Shown here: positions 1 to 14,622 of the stretch, piece after piece
Layout of the letters: every line of letters starts with the position of its first letter
Position numbering within the stretch: the stretch's first letter is position 1
Position numbers and translations under genes: made by a program
DNA from: Eledone cirrhosa
Taxonomy: Eukaryota
DNA: 64,000 bases
Direction of reading: 5' to 3'
Assembly: GCA_964016885.1 (NCBI GenBank)
Contig: OZ024743.1
Location: forward strand, 7,006,001-7,070,000
The notes under the pieces: generated by a model
Told to the model about the DNA's origin: nothing
What the model saw: only the letters and a program-made list of their open reading frames with translations
The model's database searches: none

Positions 1-404
1 TGATTCATTTATGACTCTAGAAAATTTGAAAAGTGTTTACATTTGTTGATTTCAAAATACAGGTTTTTGTGATGGGTAGATATACGGCATTGAAACATCT
101 ACTTAGAGCACTTGAATAAGAAATTAAGAGCACATTATGAATATAAGATTATATGAGAACATAAAATTAAAAACATCACAAGGGAAATACTTTAATAGTA
201 TAACTATGATGTAATTTTAGATTCTAATTGACATTTATATTAATTTGCATGGTTATTAATTGTAAAATTTCTTAATTACCCTTATTTCATGTCTATATCA
301 AATCTTTTCTAATTATATAGTAAGAACACCAATATGCTAGTTGAGAATTTTGTTTTAATAAATATTTATTGATTATGTAATTTTTTTTTTTTTTCTGTTT
401 TTAG

Positions 405-498
405 TTGTGTGTTGAATTGGTTTGGAGATTGGTCAGATGGTGCTCTTTATCAAGTAGGAAGAGAATTTACAAATAAAATTGATCTTGAAAAGTCAAAT
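405..498 (+). CDS. DYNC1H1: dynein HC exon ([18 protein letters not shown]...)
   Basis: ttag|T TGT GTG ... TCA AAT|gtaag. Confidence 0.93.
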
Positions 499-689
499 GT
501 AAGAACATTGATGAAAGATTTTTTACTTGGTTTCAAATTATAAATATTTGAGTTTTTGATTGCTGTTGATATAAAATGTATTTTCTTCATTTTACTTGGA
601 TTTGTTTATGTTCTTGTTAATCTTTATAGAAAAATAAAAAAAAAATAAAAATTGATGTACAAACATAATTGTTCGCTTTGCTCTCATGC

Positions 690-1010
690 AGTTTTAAGTT
701 CAGTACTTCTACTTCTCATGTGGCACCTTGGGCAAGTGTCTTCTACTTTAGCCTCGGTTTGATCAATACCTTGTGAATGAAATTTGGCAGGCAGAAACTA
801 CAGAAGCCTGTTATATATATATATATATATATATATGTGCGTGCGTGTGTGTGTGTGTGTCTTGTAACTTAGTAATTTTACAAAAAAGAGATTGATAAAA
901 TAAGTACCAGGCTTGATAAAATATGAACTAGGATCGATATGATTAACTAAATTACTTTAAGGAGTTTTCCAGCATGGTCGCAGTCTGACTGAAACCTATA
1001 AAAGAATAAA
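690..1010 (+). mobile_element. SINE of a second family (CORE-like) with internal microsatellite
   Basis: ggcaccttgggcaagtgtcttctact block; homologous to 31232-31520. Confidence 0.7.
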
Positions 1011-1084
1011 GATATTTTTCTTTTTTTTCTCTTAGTTGATAAAATTAAGATTTTCCCAACATTACATTGTTTATATTTTCCCAT

Positions 1085-1120
<36 letters not shown>

Positions 1121-1197
1121 CAATGGTTTTAAAAAAAAGTTAATATAATTGTTTTAATTTTATTCTATTTAAATGTAATTTTAAATTCCTATTGCAG

Positions 1198-1389
1198 TAT
1201 ATTGCTCCTGAGTATACTCCTATTGCCTATGAAGAACTGGGAGCAAACCCTACTCATCGTGATGCAGTTGTCAGTGCGTTTGTATTTGTGCACCAAACAT
1301 TGCATCAAGCTAATTCTCGAATCACCAAGCGTGGAGGTCGTACCATGGCCATAACTCCAAGACATTATTTGGATTTCATTAATCACTTT
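1198..1389 (+). CDS. DYNC1H1: dynein HC exon (YIAPEY...[13 protein letters not shown])
   Basis: cag|TAT ... TTT|gtaagt; within ORF 1192..1401. Confidence 0.95.
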
Positions 1390-2371
1390 GTAAGTATTTA
1401 AAATATTTGTTTTTAAGATTTAATTAAAGAGGAATATTTGTTGATTTAGTCCTAATTCTGTTTATATAAGTATATACTTACTTGAATGGTAACAACATAT
1501 TGTAGCAAGGACTCTTTAGTCATGTCGAAGATTTGCCATCCTCACTGAATACTTACTTTTAAAGAAACTTAGCTCTATCTCCTTGAACTGTCTATAGAGA
1601 TTAGAGTTTATTTTAAAACTTCTATACATTAGGTTATAGAAGTTAATTTTAATGGAGAAATAATGTGTTAGGGCTGTTGATAATTGTAGAGTTTGAAGTT
1701 GGCTTAATAGCAGATTACTACTTTTAAAAGTATTAGAAGTGGTCTTTATGTAATATTTATTTAGTTTCGATTGATACCTCACATCTAGACACTATATTCT
1801 TTCTGAGACAGTGCTTTGCAGTGGCAATTTATCTGGATATCTACAGTTACACATTGTTCTACAGATTCTAATTTTTGTAGTTAGCCTGTACCCCAGGTTG
1901 TCTTGCTTATAGAATCTGTTGGGAATGCTATAAAACATCCGTGCATATTCTTTCCATCTAGATGTAGATATTCTGGCTTTAATTTATATAAAATAACACC
2001 ACAAGGTCCACCACTCTGGCAGGATCATTTGTTCCTATAGTTATATCAAAATTCTTATCCCAATAATGGATATAAAATACGACCACAGTATGTCTTGTGG
2101 ATAGAATGAAGTCTATTTCCTGTTTGGTTGACAAATTTTCTGATGGTCACCAAGATGGTCTATATAATGACCAGTGTTACTATCTCTAAAGCCATTTGTA
2201 AAATATCCCTGCCAAAGTTAACATGCTTCGAGTTACTTCTTATATCATAAATGCAATTGTAATTCAGTATAACCTTTATGAAAAAACACAAGAACAGGCA
2301 TAATCATGGAAGCAAGAGGGGAGAAATATGATGATGTAACTTAATCTTTTTTTTTAATGCTTTATATATAT

Positions 2372-2413
<42 letters not shown>

Positions 2414-2564
2414 AATGCAACAAAAGATGAGAATTTTTTCTCAGTTGCTTCTACTCTTCTGTTTAAATCTAAGTCTGTAACTTTAATCTCTGTCACTTAT
2501 CTAGAATATTTTAGTGTCTCTTTCTTACATTATACCTTAATTACCTTAATCATCTTTATTTCAG

Positions 2565-2744
2565 GTTAAACTGTATCAAGAAAAACGATCAGATCTTGAA
2601 GAACAACAACTCCATTTAAATGTTGGTTTGCAGAAGATTCGAGAAACTGTAGAGCAAGTAGAAGAGCTCCAGAAATCATTATCAATCAAAAGAATTGAAT
2701 TGGAAGAAAAAAATGCTGCTGCAAATGCCAAATTGAAACAAATG
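2565..2744 (+). CDS. DYNC1H1: dynein HC exon, stalk CC1 start ([22 protein letters not shown]...)
   Basis: cag|GTT ... ATG|gtatat. Confidence 0.95.
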
Positions 2745-3628
2745 GTATATATATTGGGACATTACATGATTCAACATTTTGCAAAATGTTATTTATTTTG
2801 TTTGAGCAGAAGAAAATTATATAAACATATTTTATTTTTGTATATTTATATTATGATATTGGAAACAATCTTTTACAGTATATCTCTTTCTTAGTAACAT
2901 TTCTGATTTTAGAATAATATGTTACTATTTTGTCATAATGTTTACTTTTCCAACTAGACATAAGGCCTAAGAATTGTTTAAAAGAGATGGGAGCTGCAAT
3001 GCTCATGAACTCTGTGAAGTATCAATAATACTAAACAAAATATCTATAATAGGGCATCATAACCAGATCAGACTTTCTGCATCAGTAGATTGTCAGTGGC
3101 AAAGAAAATTTTAATTTATTTTAATCATTTGAAAAATTGCCAAGTAAAAATCCTGCTAAATCATATCTTGTGAAACATTTAGTTAGACATATTAAACATT
3201 TCCATTTAATAAAACAAAGTCTGGATCCTAACACTCAAGATAGGAGAGTGTTTGAAAGAGGGTTTGCTTTGTTTCTATGTCAGGTATTTGGCATAGAAGC
3301 TCTCATTAATTTGCTTTTTACAGGTAAATGTAAAAACTCCAAAGATGTTAGATTAATAATGAAATGTTTTGTTATATTGTCAAAATACAAAACAATTTTG
3401 TTTGTCCATATTAGTGACAAAGGTCCTCACTACATAAATATATTGTGAAAAAAATCTCAGAACATTTTAAATTTGGTTTTAAGCAAAGAAAGAAATGCAG
3501 TGGGGTGGGTTATTTCCTCTAAATTTGATTACTTTCAATATAGAATTCAGGTCTCCATATTATTTGGATAAACTTCCACTGCTGTAATATCAATTATACC
3601 TGGATTTTATTTGGTTTCATTTGTTTAG

Positions 3629-3782
3629 GTGAAAGACCAACAAGAAGCTGAACATAAAAAAGTTACATCACAAGAAATTCAGCAAGCTGTTATTGAGCAA
3701 ACTAAAAGAATAAAAGAAAAACAACAGGACGTCCGTGCTGATCTAGAACAAGTCGAACCAGCTGTAATTGAAGCTCAAAATG
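3629..3782 (+). CDS. DYNC1H1: dynein HC exon, stalk CC1 (VKDQQEAE...[10 protein letters not shown])
   Basis: tag|GTG ... AAT G|gtatat. Confidence 0.95.
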
Positions 3783-3974
3783 GTATATGATTGTTTTATG
3801 AATAGTTGCAAGAATATTTTATAGAATACAAAAGAAATTTTTCTCTAGATTGTTAGACAATATAAAGCTGCAATTATCTTTCCAATTTAACCCTTTAAAC
3901 ACCAGTCCAATCAAAACTAGCTTTATGAAAGTGTTCAAATTTAAATGCAAATCTTGGACTGAAATCTTATTACA

Positions 3975-4378
3975 TGGTAATTGGCTCTCTCCACTTCTGC
4001 CCAGGTCTTCCTTGGCCTACCTCTACTGCAGCTTCCATCCACTGGCTTTCCTGGCACTTCTTCACTAAGCAATCATCATCCATGTGCATCACATGTCTGT
4101 ACCAACACAATCTTCTATCTTGCACACCACTTCAGATTCCTCTTAAACCCAGTTTCTCCCTCAGTTCATCCAAACTGTTTTTATCACACATTTACAATGC
4201 ACATCCAACAAAGCATGGTTCCTTCAGTTCTCTCTAGTCTACACATGTCATTTGCAGTCAATGCCCATATTTCACTAACATGCAGCATCACACTTCGCAC
4301 ACAGGCATCGTACAGTTATCCTTTTGTATGTAGGGAGAAACCTTTCGTAAATCTCTTCCATTCCATCCTTATTCAGTA
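3975..4378 (-). mobile_element. Old RTE RT C-terminal fragment nested in a MITE
   Basis: Antisense frame (VNAHISLTCSITLRTQASY) parallels the antisense frames of the RTE copies at 36 kb and 50 kb. Confidence 0.7.
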
Positions 4379-4579
4379 GTTAAGTATTTCTTTTATTATG
4401 GTGTTGAAAGTTAGTTATTTCACTAAACTTATCATAATTATTGATTATTTTGATAATTAGAACAAAGGTAATATATTTTTGTTAGAAATATGGTAATGAA
4501 CAGGTTAAAACAAATACTTTTGTTAGGTCATTTAAAATATTTGATCTCAAAACATTTAGCAAATGTCTTTTCTTTGCAG

Positions 4580-4775
4580 CTGTAAAATCTATCCGAAGAC
4601 AGCATCTTGTTGAAGTGAGATCACTTGCACATCCGCCTCCAGCAGTCCGTCTTGCTATCGAGTCCATTTGTGTGCTCCTTGGTGAGACTGATCTTGAGTG
4701 GAAGTCTCTCAGAGGTATAATTATGAAGGACAACTTTATACCTACCATCGTAAACTTCAAAACAGATGACATCCC
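4580..4775 (+). CDS. DYNC1H1: dynein HC exon, microtubule-binding domain ([20 protein letters not shown]...)
   Basis: cag|CT GTA ... ATC CC|gtatgt. Confidence 0.95.
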
Positions 4776-6121
4776 GTATGTATTTCCAATTATGTATTGT
4801 TTTATTTTTTTATTTTTGTTTTCACATGTATTTTTTTGCTTGACTGTGGGGAAGTAGTAATGCGGATTTCAAGAGAAGGAACTATTTACTTTTTAATTTT
4901 GATTTTTGTTTGATTCTTAATAAGCAAATAGGGGGCAAAACCTGCCTATAGACCAGATGTATACTCTATAAATGACCTAATTAAATTAAAATAATAGTAA
5001 TTGGATAATTCAGCCTTAAAATCATGCAGTGATTATTTCAGGGAAGTTATTGTAGTTGTAGTAAATGTTGAACAGGTTAGCATTTTGATAGATATAAAGC
5101 AATTGGGATTCATTCTTGATATAATAAGGCTGTTGATACATACAAGGATAACTGACAAAGACCAAATAACTGAATTTTATATTGATTGGACTAGAGAATG
5201 CTTTTGACATAGTCTATAATATGTTAACCATAAAATATAAATGCCATTTATTGAGTCCCCATTACATCTGCAAATATCAACTATTTCCTATTAATGCTAG
5301 GTGAAACTCGTATTTCCACATCCCATGAAACTCATTTCATTACAGAATTAGTCCAAGAGAAAGAAAAATATGCTTAAAATCCTTTTCTGAAAGAGCCTAT
5401 ACTTAATATATTGGAGACGTACAAGTAAAAATTCAGTATTATGCTGTAATTGTTAAAAGGAAATAGTACATAAAAGGTGTAGTGAGATCACAAATAGACT
5501 CGCAGCATGCCAAAATGTTAGGAATCACATGCATTACTGTAGCTAAAAATATGGACTATTAAGGACTAAAGATTGTAGATCTGGCTGTATGACTTTCCTG
5601 AAACTAGTTACTTGTGGTTCTTTTGGGTAATTCATTTTGAAGAAATACTAACATATAGAGATATGTTTGGTAACAAGGTGATTCTCTTATTTGGAAAACC
5701 TGTCTATGAACTAGAAGTGTGTGCTATAAAAGTAAGCTATGAACAGTTTTGGTTAGAAGTTTATATGGTCCATAAGTTGATTCTATGTGAATGAACTTTT
5801 TTTATTCCCAACCTCCCTGATTTTACAATACCAAGCTGTTTATTTTAAAAGGTTTATATTTATCTAAAAACCTTCCAGCATAATTTTATGTAAGAACCTT
5901 TAAGTTCCAAACACTAATTTAATGAGAAAGTTAGTTACTCTATTTTTTCAAATTTTTATTTTCAAAATAATTTGAAAATCAGTGTCTTTCATTAAAAATG
6001 TTGTAACAAAAGGGTTTTTAAAAAGCAACTGTCTGTTTACAGTATTTCTTTTTTTTTTGTGTAAAAATAATTTTGTCAATGTTATACATTTTATGTTACT
6101 TTACACGTTTTTCCTTTCTAG

Positions 6122-6239
6122 TGATGACATTCGGACTAAAATGAAAAACAAGTACTTAAATAACCCAGAGTATAATTATGAGAAAGTCACTCGAGCCAAT
6201 TTTGCTTGCGGTCCTATGGTGAAATGGGCTATTGCTTTG
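6122..6239 (+). CDS. DYNC1H1: dynein HC exon, MTBD (DDIRTKM...[12 protein letters not shown])
   Basis: tag|T GAT ... TTG|gtatgt. Confidence 0.95.
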
Positions 6240-7041
6240 GTATGTAATCTTTTACATTTAGTTGGGTTTTTTAAATTCTAATTTCTTTAAATAAATATTG
6301 GTTTCCTCTTAAAATTGGATCTAGTTGATCACACTATTACTGTTCCAGTTTCTGTTCAATATTCAAAGTACAGCATATTACATGTTGTAAATTATATTAA
6401 TAGAGTGAATAATTATTTTTGACACTAGCATATTACCTGTAAAAAATGATGGGGTTTATAGTAAGAAAATTTCTGTAAAAATGCTTTACATCCTATGTAA
6501 GCCTCGATTATTCTGAATCTTCTCCCTTTTGTCACTCCAGCTATTGCCATATTTCATTTTAATCAGTTATAACTTTCTTCCATAATTTCTTTAATCATTA
6601 GCAAACATATATCCACTAAATTATGATGGCTTTCTGTTTATGTACCTACCTATCTTCAGATTCATGCTTAGTTGTTTTTGATTAAAAATATACATTGGTA
6701 AATATACATATATTCAGATAGCTAGCTAGGTAAATAGACATACAGATAGGTAGATAGATAGATGTTTTTGTTTTTTTTGTCTGAAGATATATAGATACAT
6801 AGGTAGACAGCAAATGATTGTTGTTAAACCTACAGACCAGCTAGGTGTGAGAGAAACTGAAGAGGTCAAAGTGCACATGATCAAATTACCATTTCCCAAA
6901 CAGATCTATCACAGTGTTTGTCATGTGATCTTGCTTGTTATTGTCATAGATAATTTATTTTGAATAAAATTCCCTATATTTCTTATTATACTTATTATTG
7001 ATATGATTTTGTATGATTCCAATTCAATGTTTTTGTATCAG

Positions 7042-7257
7042 ATCAACTATGCAGATATGTTGAAACGAGTGGAACCTCTAAGAAATGAACTACAAGCTCT
7101 GGAAAATCAAGCAGAAGACAATCGTACCAATTTTGAAAATGTGAACTCAATTATTGTTCAACTTGAAAAAAGTATTGCTATGTATAAAGAAGAATATGCT
7201 ATTCTTATTAGTGAAGCTCAAGCTATCAAAAGTGATTTGGCAGCAGTAGAAGGCAAG
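7042..7257 (+). CDS. DYNC1H1: dynein HC exon, stalk CC2 ([18 protein letters not shown]...)
   Basis: cag|ATC ... AAG|gtatgc. Confidence 0.95.
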
Positions 7258-7546
7258 GTATGCTATCATTTTCTTCAAATTGCATAAAAGTCACTCTATC
7301 ACATTGATATTATATTTTGATTATGTACTGAATTTTTATGAGGTTTCATTTTAAATACATTAAATTCCATTTAATTGAATCCTATGACTTGCCAGGCTTT
7401 GTATGAAATATTTGGTATGTTTTATAATATCCATAGCTTTACTCAGATCAGTATAGTTTTCTTCTAAGGCATTATTATATTTATATAGTTCATGTATATA
7501 CCTATTCTATGTTATCGATATTCTCTTTTGTACTGTTTATTGTTAG

Positions 7547-7685
7547 GTTGAAAGAAGTGTTGCTTTATTGAAAAGTCTTACAAATGAGAAGCAGAGATGG
7601 GAAGCAGGTAGTGAAACATTCCGAAACCAGATGGCTACTATTATTGGAGATGTCTTGTTATCTTCAGCTTTCATGTCTTATGCTG
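7547..7685 (+). CDS. DYNC1H1: dynein HC exon ([11 protein letters not shown]...[13 protein letters not shown])
   Basis: tag|GTT ... GCT G|gtatgt. Confidence 0.95.
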
Positions 7686-9091
7686 GTATGTATATTGATT
7701 CTTATTGCTAAATAGTGTGTGTCCATGCATGCATATGTGCATAAATATTAAAGTATACAAAATGAAACATCCTTCATAACATCACCCACTCCTCACCTTA
7801 AATGATATCCAAGGGACATTTATCTGTTGGTATGTGCGAAATTGAAAAGATGTGTAGTGTATTTTCATTTGTTATGTTTCCAATATCATGTGGTCAGTCA
7901 AGAAGAACTGATCATGTCAAGTTACTTATAAAGGGTAAACACAAAGGATACCTTCATCATAAAACAGTTTCTACCATTCCTTTAAATATCTATACAAAAG
8001 TATAAATCACATCTTGGGAGGACTTTTCAGCTGTGTCAAGGACACGGCAGTCTCCCTAGAGTTGCTGATCTACAAAATAAATGCACCCAGTACATGCTGT
8101 AAAGTGGTTGGTCATAGGAAGGGCATCAAGGCATAGAAAGCTTGCCAAAAAAAGGGTTAGGAGGACACTTCAGTTGTGTCAAAGACATGACAACCCCTCT
8201 TGTGCACTTCGTAGAATGCAAGATCTTATGTGAGCAAGATGCAGACCCCGTAGCATGTCTGGGAGGTCAGTATCCTCACTTCAATACTGACTTGGTCTAT
8301 GTAGACTCAACTACCCCTTGTTAGCAAGGAAAGTGAATGTTAAAGGATGATGAATATCTATACAGAAGTATAATTGATAATTTGAGTAAATCCCTCAAAA
8401 TTCTTAATTAATTAATTAGAAATACTAGCAGAAAAACCACTGTTCAGGCAGTTTCCTGCTAGCATATGTAGTGTGCATATTGATATTATACGCAATATGT
8501 AAATCAAAAAGATGCACAGAAATTGAACAAAGACTGTGTTACACTTTCTTATGTAATCAGTAAAGTAATCCATGATACATTTTAAAAAACACGATATATC
8601 TAAACAGCATTGCGGCGAAATGTTATGAAAACGATAAAAGGAGAAAAAGATTAGTGACAGAAATATAAACATTATATAACAAACACTAATGGAAGTTGAT
8701 ATTTGAAAATTTTAATAGAAGTGAATCTTGAAATAAGCAATACATTATATATAAGATTATTTGTTTAATCAAGAGCTAAGAAATTTAGTAGATAAATTAC
8801 AAAGTAATCCAATTTATTTTAATAACATGATGTAAAATAATAAACTGGACAGTCTCGCAGTTCTCCAATCAGCATTAAAATATAGTCACAAAAGGGATAA
8901 AAGAAAAATTAAATTTTTTACTTTGAATATACTTCAGGAAAAAGTTTATTTTGGAAGATTGTTTAATTCCAGTATGTTTGCTATTGAGATTTTAGAAATT
9001 TGAGTATTGGAAAATCATATATGATGATGCAGAGATCTATGAAATACACTCTGGAAACTTGAATTATATTTATTGCCTTTTGACCAGTTAA

Positions 9092-9226
<135 letters not shown>

Positions 9227-9889
9227 TAAAAAAAGATGAGTTTGGAATAGTTGTTACAAACCAGTAATTCATTCAATTTTGAATATTTATTTCTACTTTT
9301 TTTTTTTTTAAATGTCCTTTGTTGAAATATGAACTCTTTCTGGAGTGTTTTAGTGATTATCTATTGAGTAACTTATGCACATTCTTCTTAGTTTACACTT
9401 TTATCATTTTAAACTTTTTACATTCATGCAGGCAAACACTTTTTCAATTTTTTAAATTCTTCCTGTAGAAGAGCTGGTTTCTAACAAAGAAACAAAGTTG
9501 CAACATTGGAATTTAGATAACAATAATGAAAAGTTATATATAAAACATTAGAAAAGATTTGCATGTATTTACTGTTCCATTCAGAGATTGTACATGCAAA
9601 GTGCATCTTATTTGAAAACTGCAGCTTTTTGAAATTACCACTTAAACCTAAGTGCATCAGTTATTATTGATACAAATGTCAATTTATAACTCTGAGTAGG
9701 TAATTTTAAGATGTCTTCATATCTGTAGGGCACCCAAGCTCTGTAACTATAATTTTTTTTCTGCTTCTAATGCATATTGCTCTTTTGATTTCTATTTTCT
9801 CTTTTTATTTAGAATATTTTTTCTACTTTAATTTAAAGTATTCCTTGTGAGGCATAAAGTTTTACTATTTTGTTTTTATTTTTGGATAG

Positions 9890-10189
<300 letters not shown>

Positions 10190-10781
10190 TAGGGAACTAG
10201 CATCGGATAGAATAACTTGCAGTATTTGTTCTGGCTCTCTGCACTCTGATTTCAGATGCCGTCAAAATTTGCCTTTCATCCTTTTTGAGGTTGATAAAGT
10301 AGAAATCCAGGGCAGTGGATTAGTAGAATTGTTATAGTTTCAGATAAGCATTGCAACATTTCTTGTGGTTCCCTGTATTCTAAGTTCCATCTTGCATCAA
10401 TATAAAGTTATTCTAAATTGCTGACATCGAGTCCAATGTACAAAATAAACTGCTTATGAAACTCTAATGAATTTAAAAACTAAAGTATGGTACAAGTCCA
10501 CGAGCACCCCAGATAGGTACTAGAGGATTAAAAAAATCATTGTTTATATAATATATTAAGAATCGCTTGGATAAATTGATATCCTCAAAAGATTATTCAA
10601 GCCAAAGGAAACTAAATTTAACTGTTGTCTGCTTTCATTTGCCAGGATCTGTTTTTAAGATGCTGAATTCAGATATTTCCAATATAGGCATTCCCTTTAA
10701 AATCATTTTATTGAAATGTTACATTTACAAATGTACAACAGGATTAAATGTATGAGTAACTTTGGAGAAATATTTACAGGG

Positions 10782-10785
<4 letters not shown>

Positions 10786-10819
<34 letters not shown>

Positions 10820-13509
10820 AATTATTGTGTAAAGTGCTCAGGTGCACTACAACTCGTCAATATAGTACATAGAATAATACACAAATGCCAGGGAAGTACA
10901 TGTTTGTATGTGTTAGCTGTAGTGTTGGCGGATCTCGGGAAGCATGGAGGCCTTAAAGGATGCAGTGTCTCGACAGCTAACAACTGATGCAGGTAGTTTG
11001 TTCCATGCTTCAGCAACTCTGAGCGTGAAAAAATGTTTCCGAAAGTCATGGGAACTGTGCTGTTTTCTTACTTTGTGGGCATGTCCACGTGTGTTAGACA
11101 CATGGAAATCGAAAAGGCACTCAGGGTTGTTGTTGGCAACATGGTTAACAATTTTGTGGGTGTTTACCAAGTCAGTTGCCAGGCGTCGGAGCTTCAATGA
11201 ATCCATGCCCAGGGAAGCAAGGCGATCAGAGTATGGTAGATGCCTGATGGAGGGTATTCGCTTGGTTGCACGTCTCTGAACAGTTTCCAGGCGGTCAATG
11301 TCCTGAGCAAGATAGGGGTTCCAGACTGGTGATGCAAATTCTAAGTGTGGTCGCACCATAGCTGTATACAGCCTTAAATAGATATCTGGAGAGCGGCTGA
11401 CAAAGGTCTTGCTGAGTGATGCTAAGACACCCTCGGCCCTCTTGACAATTTTAGAGACGTGCCTCGTCCAACGCAAATCGCTGCTGACCGTAATGCCCAG
11501 GTCACGTTCACAGGAAGGCTTCTTGATATTAGTGCTGTGGAGGGAGTATGGGGACGCTGGGTTTTTACTCCCAAAATGCATGGTGGTGCACTTGTCCACA
11601 GCTAGCTTGAGTTGCCAGTCTGAGATCCACTGTTGCATTGTGTCCAGGTCAGACTGCAAGCAAGATCTATAGTGTTCAGGATCTGTCCTTTTTATCTCAA
11701 GGTACAGCTTGATGTCGTCTGCGTACTTTAGTACTGTGGCATTCCTTAAGTTGGCATCTATGTCATTAATATATGCCACAAACAAAAGGGGGCCAAGAAC
11801 AGATCCCTGAGGTACACCAGATGACATCTCATATGGTGAGGAATGCTGTCCCAGAACCGTGACTACCTCTCTTCGACTGAGAATGAAGGACTTCAACCAG
11901 TTAAAAAGATCATCCCTCACACCCATTGCAGAGAGTTTTGCCATAAGCCTTTTGTGCGGCACAGAATTGAAGGCCTTCGCAAAGTCAAGGTAAACAACAT
12001 CCACCCATGAGCCGCCATCAGTGATCCGAGTGATGTCCTCAAGAAACTCTATAAGTTGATCACAGCAGCTGGAGTTGGGGATAAATCCAAATTGCGAGGG
12101 CCGGATAAGACTGTGAGAGCTCCAGAAGTTCCAAAGTGTTTCTCTGACACAGGATTCCATCAGTTTGGCGATGCAACTAGTAAGACTGACTGGACGATAG
12201 TTCACAGGTGATGTGCGGTCACCCTTTTTGAACAGAGGAATTACACTGGCAGTTTTCCACTGTTCTGGAGTAGCACTGTTGTTCAGACAGAATTGGAAGA
12301 AGCGTGATAACTGGTGTAGAAGGAAGTACCCACCACGTTTAAGAAGCAGGTACGTAACACCATCAAGGCCAGGAGAGGCATGGTTGCGTTTATTTTTTAG
12401 GTGACGTCGCAGCATTGCAGGTGTAAATTCCATGGTTGTAATAGAGTCCGGTGTCATAGGTGGTGGAGATGGTACACTCTGGTCTTCAATGGTGAAAATG
12501 CCTGCATAGCATTCAGCAATGAGCTCTGCGCATTCCTTGGGGTCGTCAGTAACCTGGCTTGTGTGGGGATTGCGAAGAGGACCAACTGGAGAGTGAGGCC
12601 TCTGCTTTGAGTGAACATACTTCCAGAACACCTTACTGTCAGGGCTGGTTGCTATGCGCTGCTCAAATTGAAGCACTGCCTTTTTTGTCACCTGTTTGAG
12701 GTGGTTGGACGATCTATTTCGCCTCTTCCTATTAATGTCTGATTTGTGAAGTTTGTACTCACGTTCAGCATTGCGCCGTTCTTTTCTGGCAAGACGGACT
12801 GCTGCAGTCTCCCAAATTGCGCTTTTAGGATGTTTTTTCCGCTTACGTGGCACCGATGCTGCACATGCTGTCCATATTGAGCTCAGGATGTTCTGGAGTA
12901 CAGTGTTGACATCTCCAGAGTCATAGAACTCAAGCCAGTTTGGCCGTTGCAACTCGGTGCAGTAACAGTTCCAGTCTGCTTTATTCCAGTCAAAGTGAGC
13001 AGTTTGGAGATGGTTGTGGTTCTTGTTACTGCCCATGAGGGATAGATTGGCAATGATCATAGCATGATCAGAGTCACCTAAAGGTTCCTCAGCAGTAACA
13101 CTAATGACCGTTTCAGGAGTAGTGGTGAAGAGTAGGTCCAAAGTGTTGTCACCTCTCGTTGGGGAGGTGACCACCTGGGACCAACTCGAGTCCAGCACCA
13201 GCTCAAGGAAGTCATTTGCACTTGGCGGCCAACGAAAGGTCTCCCAGTCAATCTCAGGGTGATTGAAGTCACCTGCAATGAAAACATAAGTGGCTGTCTT
13301 CCTGGCAGCAGCTCTGAGGATATCACAAAGTTGAGTGTCCTGATGGTAATTTGGGGGACGGTAAACGACTCCAAGTAACAGTGTTGACATGGTCATACGT
13401 ATATCGCAGAAAAAAACTTCCTGCTGTGATTGGTTCAAATCAGCACAAGGAATTGCCGACAGATTTGACCGAACGTAGACCATTACACCACCACCACGAC
13501 GATTAATAC
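10786..13509 (-). mobile_element. CR1-group LINE, 5'-truncated, in a dynein intron
   Basis: Long stop-free frame with partial APE (GDFN, LDL, SDH) and RT (YRPVSL, QFGF, DFAKAF, GVPQGSVLGP, YADD); short 3' UTR, (ATT)n tail; GGATAT at both flanks (10780-85, 13510-15) as candidate TSD. Confidence 0.93.
10913..13509 (-). CDS. LINE ORF2 (endonuclease fragment plus reverse transcriptase), 5'-truncated
   Basis: ORF track 10913..13609; the first ~33 codons are host flank fortuitously in frame. Confidence 0.8.
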
Positions 13510-13765
13510 GGATATGTCTGGTTAGAACCAGGACCGTATCATTGGAAAATGAACTTCTTATTGTAGCAACGTGACTGATGTAGGAAATGCATTGTGTATG
13601 CATGTACATGTGTAAACTTTAAATAGTTGCAGAGATATAGATAGCATAAAACACACATGCTGTATTATTGTGGTTGATAATATATTTAGTTAAATCTTAT
13701 CAAATAATATTTATTGGTATTTCAATATTGACTGGGAAAGTTCAGTCATAACCACTTCACTATAA

Positions 13766-13981
<216 letters not shown>

Positions 13982-14040
13982 TAAATTTAAATCAGCAAGG
14001 CATTTCTTAAATATTTCTATTAATTTTCTTCTTATTTTAG

Positions 14041-14211
<171 letters not shown>

Positions 14212-14385
14212 TAATCATATATTCTTTTTATATTCATATTAATTAAACTTGGTAATAATATATGAAAATATTTTTTGCTATTTAAATTAGATAACAATTT
14301 AGAATAAATTAATGTGAATTGTTTGAAATAACATTTAAAATATCAGTTTCATTCATAAAATGCTTTGTCTTTGTTTATTTAATAG

Positions 14386-14622
<237 letters not shown>

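Noticed and set aside
10913-13609. 898-aa ORF as a complete or domesticated gene
   Set aside because: The ATG and first ~33 codons are host intron beyond the candidate TSD; the endonuclease N-terminus is missing and a LINE tail follows.
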